DNA of 64,000 bases from an uncultured Deferribacteres bacterium (GTDB taxonomy: Bacteria > Zhuqueibacterota > JdFR-76 > DREG01), in contig CAJVYQ010000002.1 of the NCBI GenBank assembly GCA_913009825.1, positions 82,675-146,674 on the forward strand. Reading direction: 5' to 3'. A model generated the notes under the pieces. It searched no databases and was not told the origin of the DNA. It saw nothing but the letters and a program-made list of their open reading frames with translations. How positions within the stretch are numbered: position 1 is the stretch's first letter; each line of letters opens with the position of its first letter. Positions 1 through 12,055 of the stretch are shown here, one piece after another. Made by a program: the position numbers and the translations under genes.

Positions 1-2
1 CG

Positions 3-755
<753 letters not shown>

Positions 756-800
756 TTTAGGAAGATTAAAAGTTTTAAGGAAAGAAAAGGAAAATACAAG

Positions 801-3254
801 ATGGCAATAAACAGAGAAAGAATTATTCCGGTATTAATAGAAGAGGAAATGAAAAGCTCTTATCTGGATTATTCAATGTCGGTCATTGTAGCAAGAGCTT
901 TACCGGATGTCCGGGATGGATTGAAACCGGTTCACAGAAGAGTCCTTTATGCAATGAATGATATGGGGTTACTTCCGGATCGGCCTTACAAAAAGAGCGC
1001 CAGAATTGTAGGGGAAGTATTAGGTAAATATCATCCCCACGGTGATTCTGCTGTTTACGATTCGATGGTTAGAATGGTGCAAAGCTTTTCCTTGCGCTAC
1101 CCTCTTGTAGATGGCCAGGGGAACTTTGGTTCGGTAGATGGAGATTCTCCGGCGGCGATGCGTTATACGGAGGCGAAGTTAGAAAAAATTTCATTGGAAA
1201 TTCTTCGTGATATTCAAAAAAATACGGTAGATTTTATTCCGAATTTCGATGAATCATTGAAAGAACCGAGAGTTCTGCCTTCGGTCTTGCCCAATCTTTT
1301 GGTTAACGGTTCATCAGGAATAGCCGTGGGGATGGCAACCAATATTCCGCCGCATAATTTAGTTGAAATTATTGATGGTCTGATAAAATTGATAAACAAA
1401 CCTGAAATTGAAATAAGAGAGTTGATGGAGACAATAAAAGGTCCCGATTTTCCGACAAGTGCCATTATTTACGGAACCTCAGAGATGGAGAAAATATATA
1501 CCACGGGCAGAGGCAGAATCATTTTGAGGGCACGTTCTAATGTTGAATCCACAAAGGGAAGCAAAGAAAAAATTATTATTTCTGAACTTCCATACCAGGT
1601 TAACAAAGCCAATTTGCAGGAAAAAATGGCCAATCTTGTCCACAGGAAAAAATTGGAAGGTATTTCAGATATACGGGACGAATCCGACCGGGATGGTATG
1701 CGGGTGGTTATCGAACTGAAACGAGACGCACAACCGGAAGTTGTTCTCAATCAGCTTTTCCAGCATACACAGATGCAGGTGACGTTCGGCGTAAATTTGC
1801 TTGCCCTGGTAGACGGAGTTCCGCAAACATTGAATTTGAAACAAGCTTTACAACATTTTGTTAATTTTCGCCATGATATCGTCGTGCGCCGCACACAATT
1901 CGATTTGGATAAAGCGGAAAAACGAGCCCACATCCTTGAAGGATTAAAAATTGCGCTTGATAACATCGATGAAATTATTTCGATTATTCGTAAATCGAGA
2001 AATCCGCAAACGGCAAAAGCAAATCTAATAAGAAGCTTTAAACTATCGGAGATACAGGCTCAGGCTATCCTGGATATGCGTTTGCAAAGATTAACCGGCC
2101 TGGAAAGGAAAAAGATAGAAGATGAATATCTGGCGATAATTAAACTGATAGCGTACTTGCGGAGTATTTTGGAAAGCAATGCGTTGCGGATGAAAATAAT
2201 AAAAGATGAATTAATTGAATTAAGAGAAAAATATGGAGACAAAAGAAGAACGGAAATAATTGAAAATGTGGAAGAATTTAAAATTGAAGACCTTATCGCG
2301 GAAGAGGATATGGTTATCACCATTTCTCACAGTGGTTTCATTAAGAGATTTCCTGTTTCCGGATATCGGCGTCAATACCGTGGTGGTAAGGGTTACACAG
2401 GCGCAGCTACGAGTTCCGAAGACTTTGTCGAGCATCTTTTTGTTGCGTCTACTCATCACTATGTTCTCTTTTTTACCAATAAAGGAAAATGTTACTGGCT
2501 GAAAGTGTACGATATTCCACAATCCGGCCGCGTAAGCAAAGGCAGAGCAATTGTTAACCTGCTGAATCTCGAGAAAGGAGAAAGAATCCGTTCTTTTATT
2601 TCTGTTAAAGAATTTGATAATAAACACTCATTGATTTTTGCCACGGAACGCGGATTGGTGAAAAAAACCAATTTAATGGCTTTTTCTCATCCGCGCCTGG
2701 GTGGTATCATTGCGATGACCATCAACAAGGGTGACAGCCTGATCGAAACCAAAATGACAGATGGTACGCAAGAAGTAATTTTGGCCACTACAAATGGAAA
2801 GGCGGTTCGATTTTCGGAAAAAGATGCACGGGAAATGGGCCGAAATGCAGCCGGAGTAAAAGGAATTAGGCTTACTGCAGATGACCGGCTGATAGGAATG
2901 GTTACCGTTTTACGCGGCGCTTCCCTATTGGTTGTTTCTGAGCTCGGTTACGGAAAACGAAGCGATATTCTTGATTACCGCATGACCCGCCGGGGCGGAA
3001 AAGGCGTCATCGCCATGAAGACGAATGAAAAAACAGGAAGATTGGTGGCGATTAAATGTGTTTACGAAAATGAAGATCTGATGTTGATCACGAAAAATGG
3101 TTTGATTATCCGTCAACCTGTTAAAGGAATCCGCTCCATTGGAAGAAACACGCAGGGAGTCAGGTTGATCCGCTTAGCTGAAAACGATGAGATCGGCGAT
3201 GTCGCCCGTGTCATGGAAGAAGAAAATGGTAATGGAAACGGCGAGAAAGAATAA
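801..3254 (+). CDS. gyrA: DNA gyrase subunit A
   Basis: [30 protein letters not shown] catalytic motif, GyrA box QYRGGKG. Confidence 0.98.
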   Translation: MAINRERIIPVLIEEEMKSSYLDYSMSVIVARALPDVRDGLKPVHRRVLYAMNDMGLLPDRPYKKSARIVGEVLGKYHPHGDSAVYDSMVRMVQSFSLRYPLVDGQGNFGSVDGDSPAAMRYTEAKLEKISLEILRDIQKNTVDFIPNFDESLKEPRVLPSVLPNLLVNGSSGIAVGMATNIPPHNLVEIIDGLIKLINKPEIEIRELMETIKGPDFPTSAIIYGTSEMEKIYTTGRGRIILRARSNVESTKGSKEKIIISELPYQVNKANLQEKMANLVHRKKLEGISDIRDESDRDGMRVVIELKRDAQPEVVLNQLFQHTQMQVTFGVNLLALVDGVPQTLNLKQALQHFVNFRHDIVVRRTQFDLDKAEKRAHILEGLKIALDNIDEIISIIRKSRNPQTAKANLIRSFKLSEIQAQAILDMRLQRLTGLERKKIEDEYLAIIKLIAYLRSILESNALRMKIIKDELIELREKYGDKRRTEIIENVEEFKIEDLIAEEDMVITISHSGFIKRFPVSGYRRQYRGGKGYTGAATSSEDFVEHLFVASTHHYVLFFTNKGKCYWLKVYDIPQSGRVSKGRAIVNLLNLEKGERIRSFISVKEFDNKHSLIFATERGLVKKTNLMAFSHPRLGGIIAMTINKGDSLIETKMTDGTQEVILATTNGKAVRFSEKDAREMGRNAAGVKGIRLTADDRLIGMVTVLRGASLLVVSELGYGKRSDILDYRMTRRGGKGVIAMKTNEKTGRLVAIKCVYENEDLMLITKNGLIIRQPVKGIRSIGRNTQGVRLIRLAENDEIGDVARVMEEENGNGNGEKE

Positions 3255-3449
3255 AGCAATTTTTTTTGATCTTTCACTGCAGTAGGCCAGGAGAAAGAAA
3301 AACATTTTGCCGGCCATCTCCGGGCTTTGTGCAGTAATCAAATATCAAAGCGGAAATAATTTCTGCTTAATCATCTTGCAATTGTTTGTAATTCCACTTA
3401 TGTTATTATAACCTAAATTGAGCGATTCTCATGTTATCCAGTAGGAATC

Positions 3450-4493
3450 TTGCGGGTCATTCATAAATATGTATTTTTTCCGTTCAATAAAAAGGTGAGT
3501 AACTTTTTGCGAGACAAACCGATAAAAATTTTTATTCCGATGGGTGATGCGAACGGAATCGGCCCGGAAATTACAATAAAGGCTTTGGAACAAAGCCAAT
3601 TTTTGGATGATGTTCGTTTTTATGTTATTGGAGATAAAAAGGTTTTTGATTATTATCGAAAACTGCTAAAAATTAAACGGCCGGTTCCTGATCCAAAATC
3701 AGATAAAACCGGAATAATATTTATCGAAAAAAATATACCGAAACCCAATTCATTTTCACCGGGTAAAATATCTCAGGAAACCGGAAAAAACAGTGTGGAA
3801 AATCTTTATAAAGCGCTGTCTCTGGCAAAAAAAGAAGGGTTTGCCGGTATTGTCACGGCACCGGTTTCAAAAGAGGCGATGTGGCTTTCCGGTATACCTT
3901 TTCCAGGACAAACAGAATTGATTTCCGATTATTTTGGCGAAAAATATTTTGCCATGATGTTAATTTCAGGTAATTTCCGTGTGGCTTTTGTTACCACGCA
4001 TCATCCTTTGAAAAAAATTCCCGGCTTGCTTTCGCAAGCCCTGGTGGAAGAAAAGTGCCTGGTTTTACAGAGAGAGTTGATAAATCGTTTTCAAATCCGG
4101 AATCCGGTAATTGCCATTGCCGCGCTTAATCCCCACAGCGGCGAAAACGGTAAACTGGGAGATGAAGAGATAAAAATTTTAACTCCGGCAGTAAAAAATT
4201 TACAGGTTTCAGGTCTGGATATCCGGGGACCTTTTCCTTCGGATACTTTATTCACGCCACAAAAAATAACTCGGTTCGACGCATTTGTCGCGCTGTATCA
4301 CGATCAGGGAATGATTCCCATAAAAATGCACGGTTTTGGCAAAGCTGTGAATATGACGGCGGGATTGCCTGTTGTGAGAACATCGCCGGATCATGGTACG
4401 GCTTTTGATATTGCCGGGAAGGGAATTGCAAATGAATCGAGCATGGTGGAGGCAATTAAGCTTGCGATTGCGCTGGTCCGTCAGGGATGTTAA
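3450..4493 (+). CDS. pdxA: 4-hydroxythreonine-4-phosphate dehydrogenase (true start probably further downstream)
   Basis: MGDANGIGPE, LNPHSGE, YHDQG, RTSPDHGTAFDIAG motifs. Confidence 0.93.
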   Translation: MRVIHKYVFFPFNKKVSNFLRDKPIKIFIPMGDANGIGPEITIKALEQSQFLDDVRFYVIGDKKVFDYYRKLLKIKRPVPDPKSDKTGIIFIEKNIPKPNSFSPGKISQETGKNSVENLYKALSLAKKEGFAGIVTAPVSKEAMWLSGIPFPGQTELISDYFGEKYFAMMLISGNFRVAFVTTHHPLKKIPGLLSQALVEEKCLVLQRELINRFQIRNPVIAIAALNPHSGENGKLGDEEIKILTPAVKNLQVSGLDIRGPFPSDTLFTPQKITRFDAFVALYHDQGMIPIKMHGFGKAVNMTAGLPVVRTSPDHGTAFDIAGKGIANESSMVEAIKLAIALVRQGC

Positions 4494-5235
4494 AAAAGTA
4501 AGACCCTATGAAAAACTTGCCTCCATCTATGATCATTTGATGAGTCATGTTGATTACCAATTTTGGGCGGAATACACACATGACCTGATTCAGAGATGGC
4601 ATCCCCAGGTGCAAACTTTGCTGGACATTGCCTGCGGTACCGGAAATCTGTTAAAAGAGATGAACGAATTTTCTTACAAGCTTTTTGGTTGCGATTTTTC
4701 TTTTCCCATGGTCTTACAAGCTGCAAAGAAACCGTCTCTCTGGAATGTTTCTTTATGGCAAAGTGATATGGTGCATCCGGCATTCAAACGGCGGATGGAT
4801 GTAATTCTCTGTTTATATGACAGCATAAATTATATTATGAAAGAAGAAAAAATTGCACAATTTTTAATAACCACAAATGCTTTATTGTCGCCGCAGGGAA
4901 TTCTTATTTTTGATATCTGTACGGAGCGAAATTCTCTTAATTATTTTTACAACTATTACGATCATGATGAGAATGAAAAATTCTCTTATGATCGCTGGAG
5001 TCACTACAATCAGAAAAAGAAAATTCAATTCACGGAATTTAAAATTCGTATAAAAAATAATCCGGTTACTTATCATGAAGTTCATGAGCAACGTATTTAT
5101 CCAATCTCCATCTTCCTCCGTTTAATCAAATCTTCACCGCTAAAAATATTAAGTGTTTACGATGAATTTTCTTTCGATCAGCCACAGAATAAATCTAATC
5201 GTATTCATTTTGTTCTGCAAAGGAGAGAATTTTAA
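4462..5235 (+). CDS. Class I SAM-dependent methyltransferase
   Basis: LLDIACGTG motif I, CLYDSINY; TTG start at 4462 chosen because GGAGG lies at 4448-4452. Confidence 0.85.
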   Translation: MRLRWSVRDVKKVRPYEKLASIYDHLMSHVDYQFWAEYTHDLIQRWHPQVQTLLDIACGTGNLLKEMNEFSYKLFGCDFSFPMVLQAAKKPSLWNVSLWQSDMVHPAFKRRMDVILCLYDSINYIMKEEKIAQFLITTNALLSPQGILIFDICTERNSLNYFYNYYDHDENEKFSYDRWSHYNQKKKIQFTEFKIRIKNNPVTYHEVHEQRIYPISIFLRLIKSSPLKILSVYDEFSFDQPQNKSNRIHFVLQRREF

Positions 5236-5239
5236 AAAC

Positions 5240-5890
5240 ATGTTGCATTTTTTTAATGTAAGTTTCCAATATAAGTATGGTTACGGAGTTTCAAACCTTT
5301 CTTTTTCCGTGGAGAATGGCGAATTTGTTTTTTTGGTTGGCCCCTCCGGAGCAGGAAAAACAACCATATTTAAATTGATTAATCTGGAACTTTTTCCTCA
5401 AACAGGGAATATTGTTTTAGGTGATAGGAACTCTATTTATTTGCGGAAAAAAGACATCCCTTATATACGGCGGAGACTGGGAATTGTATTCCAGGATTTT
5501 AAATTGTTGCCGGAAAAAACCGTTTATGATAATGTGGCCTTCGCAATGCGGGTCGTCGGAGCTTCCGGGCGTCGGATAAAACGCAGGGTTTTGGAAGTTT
5601 TAAAAGATGTGGGCCTTTCTCACAAAAAGCTGAAAATGCCCGGGGAACTCTCCGGCGGCGAACAGCAAAGAGTAGCCATTGCACGAGCGCTTGTAAATGA
5701 ACCGTACCTGCTGCTTGCCGATGAACCGGCCGGAAACCTGGATCAGGAAACAGCTTATGAAACCATGAAGCTGCTTGAAAGATTAAACTCCCGCGGAACC
5801 ACAATCCTGATGGCAACACACAATGAAAAGCTGGCAAAGGAAAGACAAAAAAGAATCATCTATATCAAAGACGGAAGGATAACCAGTTGA
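5240..5890 (+). CDS. ftsE: Cell division ABC ATPase FtsE
   Basis: [28 protein letters not shown]; directly upstream of ftsX. Confidence 0.93.
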   Translation: MLHFFNVSFQYKYGYGVSNLSFSVENGEFVFLVGPSGAGKTTIFKLINLELFPQTGNIVLGDRNSIYLRKKDIPYIRRRLGIVFQDFKLLPEKTVYDNVAFAMRVVGASGRRIKRRVLEVLKDVGLSHKKLKMPGELSGGEQQRVAIARALVNEPYLLLADEPAGNLDQETAYETMKLLERLNSRGTTILMATHNEKLAKERQKRIIYIKDGRITS

Positions 5891-6744
5891 GTTGGTTCTA
5901 TTCAATTAATGAAAGCATCTCAGCGCTGAAGAAATCCTGGATATCCAGTTTTCTTTCTATTTCATCCATGGCAGTATCTTTATTTTTTTTGGGTGTTTTT
6001 ATGATTACTATTTTCCATGGATGGAAATTAGTAAGACATTTAAAAAGTCAGATTGAGATGGAAGTGTTTTTAAAAGATGGCATCAACAATGAACTTTTGA
6101 AATCTATCCGGTTAAAACTTGAACCGATGGAGGAAATTGATACACTTATTTATATTTCCAAGGAAAAAGCACTGGCAGGTTTTCAAAAGGAGATTGGCAA
6201 TGAAGAAATTGTGGATCTTCTTGGTGAAAACCCGCTACCGGCCTCTTTTCGTATCCGCCTGAAAGAAGCATATCATAATAAAGAGAATGTTGCAAAGATG
6301 CAGAAAAAAATTGAAAAATGGGCAGGAGTTGACGAGGTTCTCTACCGCTACGATTTATTAGATGCCATTATGAAATATTTAAAAACAATTATTCTCGTTG
6401 CATTTTTTCTGGGAGGAACGTTGGTTATTGCCTCCATTTTGTTGATCTCAAATACAGTCAGATTATCAATTTCCACAAAAAGAGATTCAATTAAAATTAT
6501 GAATTTGGTGGGCGCAACTCCCGGGTTTATTCGCCGTCCTTTTATTTTTGCAGGTGCTATACAGGGGGCATCGGGGGCTTTTGTTGCCATTATCGCTCTA
6601 TTTTTTTTGGCAAAAATAGTCGGTTTTTTCCTTCCGGAAATCAAGCTGCACTTCGTTTATGTTTATCTTGGTTTACTAATTTGGGGAATCTTTTTGGGTA
6701 GCATGGGAAGTTGGATTGCCATGCACCGTTATTTAAGGCTTTGA
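5887..6744 (+). CDS. ftsX: Cell division permease FtsX
   Basis: Four TM segments, GENPLPASF, IMNLVGAT..FIRRPF. Confidence 0.92.
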   Translation: MSWFYSINESISALKKSWISSFLSISSMAVSLFFLGVFMITIFHGWKLVRHLKSQIEMEVFLKDGINNELLKSIRLKLEPMEEIDTLIYISKEKALAGFQKEIGNEEIVDLLGENPLPASFRIRLKEAYHNKENVAKMQKKIEKWAGVDEVLYRYDLLDAIMKYLKTIILVAFFLGGTLVIASILLISNTVRLSISTKRDSIKIMNLVGATPGFIRRPFIFAGAIQGASGAFVAIIALFFLAKIVGFFLPEIKLHFVYVYLGLLIWGIFLGSMGSWIAMHRYLRL

Positions 6745-6805
6745 ATTTTAAGGAAAAAACAGGATAACTTCCTTATTTTACTGAATTAAATTTAAGTAAT
6801 TTTTC

Positions 6806-6834
6806 TTGACAATACTTACAAAAATTATTAACTT
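6806..6834 (+). promoter_or_regulatory. Putative sigma70-type promoter for hrcA
   Basis: TTGACA-N17-TAACTT. Confidence 0.55.
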
Positions 6835-6940
6835 AAACTTTGAATTTTTTTGAATTAGTAAAAAATTTCGTAAATAAATTTTTACACAGATGAAAAACAG
6901 AGCCAATTTATGGTTTTTTTTCATTGACAGGTGATTGGTT

Positions 6941-7966
6941 ATGATTAAAACAAATGATCGTGAACGACTTATTTTAAAATTGGTCGTTGAAGATTTTATC
7001 GATTCGGTATTTCCCATAAGTTCCCGGACACTGTGTAAAAACCATGATTTGGGATTAAGTCCCGCAACGGTACGAAATGTGATGATGGATCTGGAGGAAA
7101 AGGGATTGCTCGCCCAACCTCATGTTTCAGCCGGACGCATTCCTACAGATTCCGGGTACCGTCTTTATGTAGATGATTTGATGTCTGTCGATCCACTGTC
7201 ACGTTCAGAAAGAAGAAACGTATTGGAAAAACTAAAGAAAGTTTCTTTAGATATCGACCAGATTCTCGAAAGAGCGTCGAAAATACTGGGTGAAATTTCA
7301 AACCAACTGGGTATCGTTTTATTGCCGCGTTTTTATGAGGGGCTTTTCGAGAAATTGGAGTTAGTGCCCATCAATTCCAGTCGAACACTGTTGGTGGTTA
7401 ATATCCAATCCGGGTTGGTAAAGACGATTATGCTGGAGCTTGATTTTGAAATATCGCGGGATACTCTGGAAGCAACCTCCAGAATTTTGAATGAACGTCT
7501 GCATGGTTTGCTACTTTCGGAAATAAAAGACAGCATCGATGATCGGTTAAAAAATGTAAATCAGGGACACCCCAACCTGATTCAATATTTTCAATCCTCG
7601 GCTGAAGAAGTCTTCGATTTTGAGGATTGGGAAGATTATTATTTTGGCGGAACCAGAAATATTCTTCGCCAACCTGAATTTACACCGGTTTCGCAGTTTG
7701 ATAATTTAATGGAATTGTTGGAAAACAAACACAACATGATTCAGTTTTTGGAACACACGTCTACTAAAAGACCGTTGAGAATTTCAATCGGGCGGGAAAA
7801 CGACGAGCCGAAAATGAATAGTTGCAGTGTTGTTTCATCTGATTATCAGATTGGTAACGTCCGGGGAGTTGTAGGAATTATCGGGCCAACGCGCATGGAT
7901 TATGGCCGGATGGTTTCTATTGTTAAATATATGTCACATGCAATTACCAATACAGTCACAAATTAA
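6941..7966 (+). CDS. hrcA: Heat-inducible transcription repressor HrcA
   Basis: SPATVRNVMMDLE, PHVSAGRIPTDSGYRLYVD, IIGPTRMDY. Confidence 0.96.
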   Translation: MIKTNDRERLILKLVVEDFIDSVFPISSRTLCKNHDLGLSPATVRNVMMDLEEKGLLAQPHVSAGRIPTDSGYRLYVDDLMSVDPLSRSERRNVLEKLKKVSLDIDQILERASKILGEISNQLGIVLLPRFYEGLFEKLELVPINSSRTLLVVNIQSGLVKTIMLELDFEISRDTLEATSRILNERLHGLLLSEIKDSIDDRLKNVNQGHPNLIQYFQSSAEEVFDFEDWEDYYFGGTRNILRQPEFTPVSQFDNLMELLENKHNMIQFLEHTSTKRPLRISIGRENDEPKMNSCSVVSSDYQIGNVRGVVGIIGPTRMDYGRMVSIVKYMSHAITNTVTN

Positions 7967-7994
7967 AAAACAATCTAAGGAGTGTTTTACATAT

Positions 7995-8582
7995 ATGCCA
8001 GAAACCGAAGTTAAAGAAACGGATGAAAAAATTGAGGAATTAAAAGAGAATAATGAAAAGGAAGAGAAAAGCAGAACAGTAAAGACAAAAAGAACGAGCA
8101 GTCGTGGCAAAGTAAAAAAATTAGAAGAAGAGATAAAAAAACTTCGGGAAAATATTGTTCTGCAAAAAGAAAATTATCTCCGCCAAGCTGCAGATTTTGA
8201 TAATTATAAAAAATTGATGAACCGGGAAACGGAAAACCGGATTCGATCATCAGTAGAAAATATTATTTTAGAGATGCTGCCGGTTTTGGATGATCTGGAC
8301 AGGACAATAAGCGCTGTGCCGGAAGATGAACAGGAATCATCCATTTTAGACGGAGTAAAAATGATTCGCAACAACATGAAAAAAACGCTGGAAAAATTCG
8401 GTGTTCAGGAGATAGAATCGGTTGGCAAAGAGTTTAATGTGGAATATCACGAGGCAATGATGATGCTGAAAGATGAAAATTACCCATCGGATATAGTGGT
8501 TCAGGAACATCAAAAAGGATATAAATTCCAAGACCGTGTAATTCGACATGCAAAGGTTGCGGTGAATAAACTTGATTCATGA
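7995..8582 (+). CDS. grpE: Nucleotide exchange factor GrpE
   Basis: ADFDNYKK, LPVLDDLDR, KGYKFQDRVIRHAKV; ATG 7995 follows AAGGAG. Confidence 0.95.
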   Translation: MPETEVKETDEKIEELKENNEKEEKSRTVKTKRTSSRGKVKKLEEEIKKLRENIVLQKENYLRQAADFDNYKKLMNRETENRIRSSVENIILEMLPVLDDLDRTISAVPEDEQESSILDGVKMIRNNMKKTLEKFGVQEIESVGKEFNVEYHEAMMMLKDENYPSDIVVQEHQKGYKFQDRVIRHAKVAVNKLDS

Positions 8583-8647
8583 ATGGTTGGGTTTGTTGCA
8601 GCGATAATAAATAATGACAGGAAAAAATGAACAGATGGTGATAAATA

Positions 8648-9781
8648 GTGAAAAAAGATTATTATGAAATTTTTGGGATTAGGAGAGAAGCCAGCGAGAG
8701 CGAGATAAAGAAAGCCTATAGAAAGCTGGCGATGCAATACCATCCCGATAGAAACCCCGGGGATAAAGAGGCGGAAGAAAAATTTAAAGAAGCAGCCGAA
8801 GCTTATGAAATATTAAACAACCCGGAAAAGAGACAGCTTTACGACCAGTACGGTCACCGTGGTGTTGACAGCAGTTTTGGCGGCGGTGTTGATTTTGATA
8901 TTTCCGACGCTTTGCGAACCTTTATGGAAGGTTTTGGTGGTTTTGGCGATTTTTTTGGCGGCAGGCGGTCTTCCGGTCGACAGCAACGGGTTGGCAGCGA
9001 TTTGCAATTACGCCTGGCATTAACGCTGGAAGAAATTGCCAAAGGAGTTGAAAAAAATATACGTATAAAAAGACTTGGTACCTGCAATAAGTGTGGCGGC
9101 ACAGGTTCGGAAAGTAGTAACGGAGTTACCACTTGTCATATGTGTCACGGAAGCGGTGAAGTGAGGCAGGTATCCCGGTCTGTGTTCGGTCAGTTTGTAA
9201 ATGTATCTACATGCCCAACTTGCCATGGCGAAGGGCAGATTGTTTCCCAGCCGTGCAGTGTCTGCCGCGGGGAAGGCAGGGTTCGAAAAGATGAAGAAAT
9301 AAAGGTAAGAATTCCAGCCGGAGTGTCAACCGGAAACTATTTGTCCCGAAGAGGTGAAGGCAACAAGGGGCCGCGCAACGGTCCGGCCGGAGATTTGATT
9401 ATTTTGATTGAGGAAAAGGAACATCCACTTTTCGAACGCCACGGTGATGATGTTTTATACGAATTGCCGGTAGGTTATTCTCAATTGGTGATGGGCTCTG
9501 AAATTGAGGTGCCCACGTTAAACGGCAAGGTAAAATTGAAAATCCCGGGAAGAACACAAGCAGGAAAAATCTTTCGCCTTAAAGGGAAGGGAATCCCGGA
9601 ATTAAACGGTTTTGGCCGGGGAGATCTGCTTGTGCAGGTTTTTCTGTATACACCGGATAAGCTAAATAGTGAAGAAAAAAAATTAATCGAAAAACTGGCT
9701 GAATTTGAAAAAGAACATCTTAAGAAGTACAGCCGGCATAAAAGTAAAAAGAAAAAAGGATTTTTCAAACAGTTTGTTTAA
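8648..9781 (+). CDS. dnaJ: Chaperone DnaJ
   Basis: J domain with HPD, G/F region, four CxxCxGxG repeats. Confidence 0.97.
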   Translation: MKKDYYEIFGIRREASESEIKKAYRKLAMQYHPDRNPGDKEAEEKFKEAAEAYEILNNPEKRQLYDQYGHRGVDSSFGGGVDFDISDALRTFMEGFGGFGDFFGGRRSSGRQQRVGSDLQLRLALTLEEIAKGVEKNIRIKRLGTCNKCGGTGSESSNGVTTCHMCHGSGEVRQVSRSVFGQFVNVSTCPTCHGEGQIVSQPCSVCRGEGRVRKDEEIKVRIPAGVSTGNYLSRRGEGNKGPRNGPAGDLIILIEEKEHPLFERHGDDVLYELPVGYSQLVMGSEIEVPTLNGKVKLKIPGRTQAGKIFRLKGKGIPELNGFGRGDLLVQVFLYTPDKLNSEEKKLIEKLAEFEKEHLKKYSRHKSKKKKGFFKQFV

Positions 9782-9821
9782 ATTCGGGAAGAGTATTTTA
9801 GTCATCTAAAAATGATGGATA

Positions 9822-10286
9822 ATGGGGACGCCGGGTTTTAAATTTTGGCGGAAAGAACGCTTTGACAGTTTGGGAATTTCAACGAATCAAATTATCATCA
9901 TGGCCGTTCTTGTCGTTACTTTATTGTTTGGGTTGGTTTTGTCGCAAACACAAAGGACACGGATTCCAAAAGTATCTGTTGCTGATGAAGAGAGAGCGGC
10001 AGGGGAGTTAAAATTAAAAGTTACTGAAATTGAAAGTTTATGGTATGCAGAAAGGTCGTCAGCCGGTAGGGGTAAGGCAATTGAACTTTCATTTAAAATA
10101 AACCTTAATGAAGCGGTGGAAAAAGATCTGATGCGTCTGCCGGGAATTGGGGCGGTATTGGCAAAGCGGATCATTGATTATCGTAATCGGAACGGCAGTT
10201 TTAAAAAGCAGGAAGATTTAAAAGGAGTTAGAGGTATTGGCAAAAAGAAATACGACCGTTTGGCACCATATATTAAAATAAATTAA
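9822..10286 (+). CDS. comEA: ComEA family DNA-binding protein (N-terminal TM, helix-hairpin-helix)
   Basis: [32 protein letters not shown]. Confidence 0.85.
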   Translation: MGTPGFKFWRKERFDSLGISTNQIIIMAVLVVTLLFGLVLSQTQRTRIPKVSVADEERAAGELKLKVTEIESLWYAERSSAGRGKAIELSFKINLNEAVEKDLMRLPGIGAVLAKRIIDYRNRNGSFKKQEDLKGVRGIGKKKYDRLAPYIKIN

Positions 10287-10376
10287 GTCATGATAGCGTT
10301 GCCCTCTTTTCTGATTGAAAACATTAAAAAAGGCGGCGGGCGAAATTTGAAAAATAGTGTTGTAACAGGAGGAGAA

Positions 10377-11033
10377 ATGGCAAAGAAAAAAGTTAAAGGT
10401 TCGTTGGTTTATGAAATTTTGATTGTTATTCTTACGGTTGTATTGGTGGCAACGCTTCTCTACCCGAAATCAGTTTGGAAGCGGGTAAATTATGAAGCGA
10501 TGTTGTGCAGAGACCAGATGGAAAGAATTGTCGATGCGGAAGGGTTATACATTAGTTTTCATGAAAGCCATACGTTTGATTCCTCTTTGGTGAACGTGAT
10601 GAATTATATACGGAATGATTCCATATTCGGTCTCGATTCTGTACATTCGACTATGAGGGATACATTTTACGTGAAGCTAATTTTTGATTACTTACGGGAT
10701 TATCAGGATATTCCCACTAAAAAGGCGGACGATTCCGCTGCTTCGCTTTTGGAAAAAAGATCGGATTCCCTGGCAACGGCTCAAGTTGATTCCATTATAA
10801 ATGTTATGTTAAACAAGATATTAACTTGTCCTACCTCCAGAGATACCTATAAGGTTCAGGTTGTGGACACATCTGCAATTAAAATATTAAAGGTTTCTTG
10901 TCCATTAGATTCGGTTACATTGGATAGTCTTAATCATAATTTCTGGTTTCGGGTTGTTGGCAGTGGAAAATTTGAAAATCACGGCACAATTGATAATGGT
11001 CAGCCATCCTGGGAACCGATGAAACGTAAATAA
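10377..11033 (+). CDS. Type IV pilin-like protein
   Basis: Basic leader then G|SLVYE (Glu +5), hydrophobic helix, Pro +22, Cys residues; ATG 10377 follows AGGAGG. Confidence 0.6.
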   Translation: MAKKKVKGSLVYEILIVILTVVLVATLLYPKSVWKRVNYEAMLCRDQMERIVDAEGLYISFHESHTFDSSLVNVMNYIRNDSIFGLDSVHSTMRDTFYVKLIFDYLRDYQDIPTKKADDSAASLLEKRSDSLATAQVDSIINVMLNKILTCPTSRDTYKVQVVDTSAIKILKVSCPLDSVTLDSLNHNFWFRVVGSGKFENHGTIDNGQPSWEPMKRK

Positions 11034-11076
11034 ATCAGGTTAACTCAAAATTTTGACCGATTGGAGATGTTAAATT

Positions 11077-12030
11077 ATGCTCGGGTTTTCATTATTAAAA
11101 AACAATTTTCATTTTGTTGATATTCAGTACCAGGATGGCAAGCCGGTTGTGAATCAATTTGCCAAAAGAGCAACGCCGGTCCCGTTTACTCCGGAAAGTG
11201 TAATGGATGAAAATTCTAAGAATGAATTTCGGATGCTGATTGAAGAGGCTATCAATTATTACAAATTAAGTGGCCCCGTTGCCGTTTCTCTGGATAGCCA
11301 GTTTGCTATGGTGCGAAAAATAATGGTTGACCTGACATTTTCTGAGGTTGAAACAGAAGAACAAATTGTCTGGGAAATGCGGCAAATTATTCCGGAAGAA
11401 TCTTTGCCGCATTATCAATTCGTTTATGAAGAACTTCCCGGTGGCTATTATCAGGATAAAAAAGCGCTGCTGTTTGTAACCTTTCGGAAAGAACTGCTTG
11501 CAGTTGTAAAGGAACTGTTTTTGGGCACGCCGCTAAAGGTTCAGTTTATTGAACCCGATCTGTTTTCAGCTCTGTACGGAACCAATCGGCTTTTTGGCAC
11601 CAGGGAACACGATTTATGTTTTTTAACAGATTTAAAACAGCACGCACTTGAGGCCGTTGCTGTCAGAAAGGGCGAGTTTTTTGAACAAGATCGGATTTTA
11701 TTTAATCAGGATGGAGAGGAGCAGGAAGTAGAAACATACGATTCTGATGAAAATCTGGCCAATCTGATTAATAAGGAAATGCGACGCAAGCTTCTGGATT
11801 ACGGATTGGAGGAGGAAAAACAAGTTGATATGTTATTCCTTTATGGTGAAAGAGCAGGATCAGACCTGCTTGATCAGGTGAAACAGAATACGCCGGCAAA
11901 GGAAGTGGTTTTGGTTGAACCGTTTAAAAAATTGGAATTGAATCAGGAAATTGAAAATCAGGTTGAAGAACTGACAACATCCGGAGAATATCTGATTTGT
12001 GTGGGTTCGGCCTTACGCTCTATTCTTTAA
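11077..12030 (+). CDS. PilM-like (actin/FtsA fold) pilus assembly protein, degenerate
   Basis: VAVSL..VRKI, IVWEMRQIIP, IEPDLFSAL, LFLYGE, C-terminal ICVGSALR resemble the PilM layout. Confidence 0.6.
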   Translation: MLGFSLLKNNFHFVDIQYQDGKPVVNQFAKRATPVPFTPESVMDENSKNEFRMLIEEAINYYKLSGPVAVSLDSQFAMVRKIMVDLTFSEVETEEQIVWEMRQIIPEESLPHYQFVYEELPGGYYQDKKALLFVTFRKELLAVVKELFLGTPLKVQFIEPDLFSALYGTNRLFGTREHDLCFLTDLKQHALEAVAVRKGEFFEQDRILFNQDGEEQEVETYDSDENLANLINKEMRRKLLDYGLEEEKQVDMLFLYGERAGSDLLDQVKQNTPAKEVVLVEPFKKLELNQEIENQVEELTTSGEYLICVGSALRSIL

Positions 12031-12055
12031 TTAATAATTGGTTGGGGAGGTTTAC

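Noticed and set aside
4487..4501. ATG TTA AAA AAG TAA with an A-AAA-AAG slippery site that could feed the methyltransferase frame by -1 shift
   Set aside because: An in-frame TTG at 4462 with a well-spaced GGAGG explains initiation more simply
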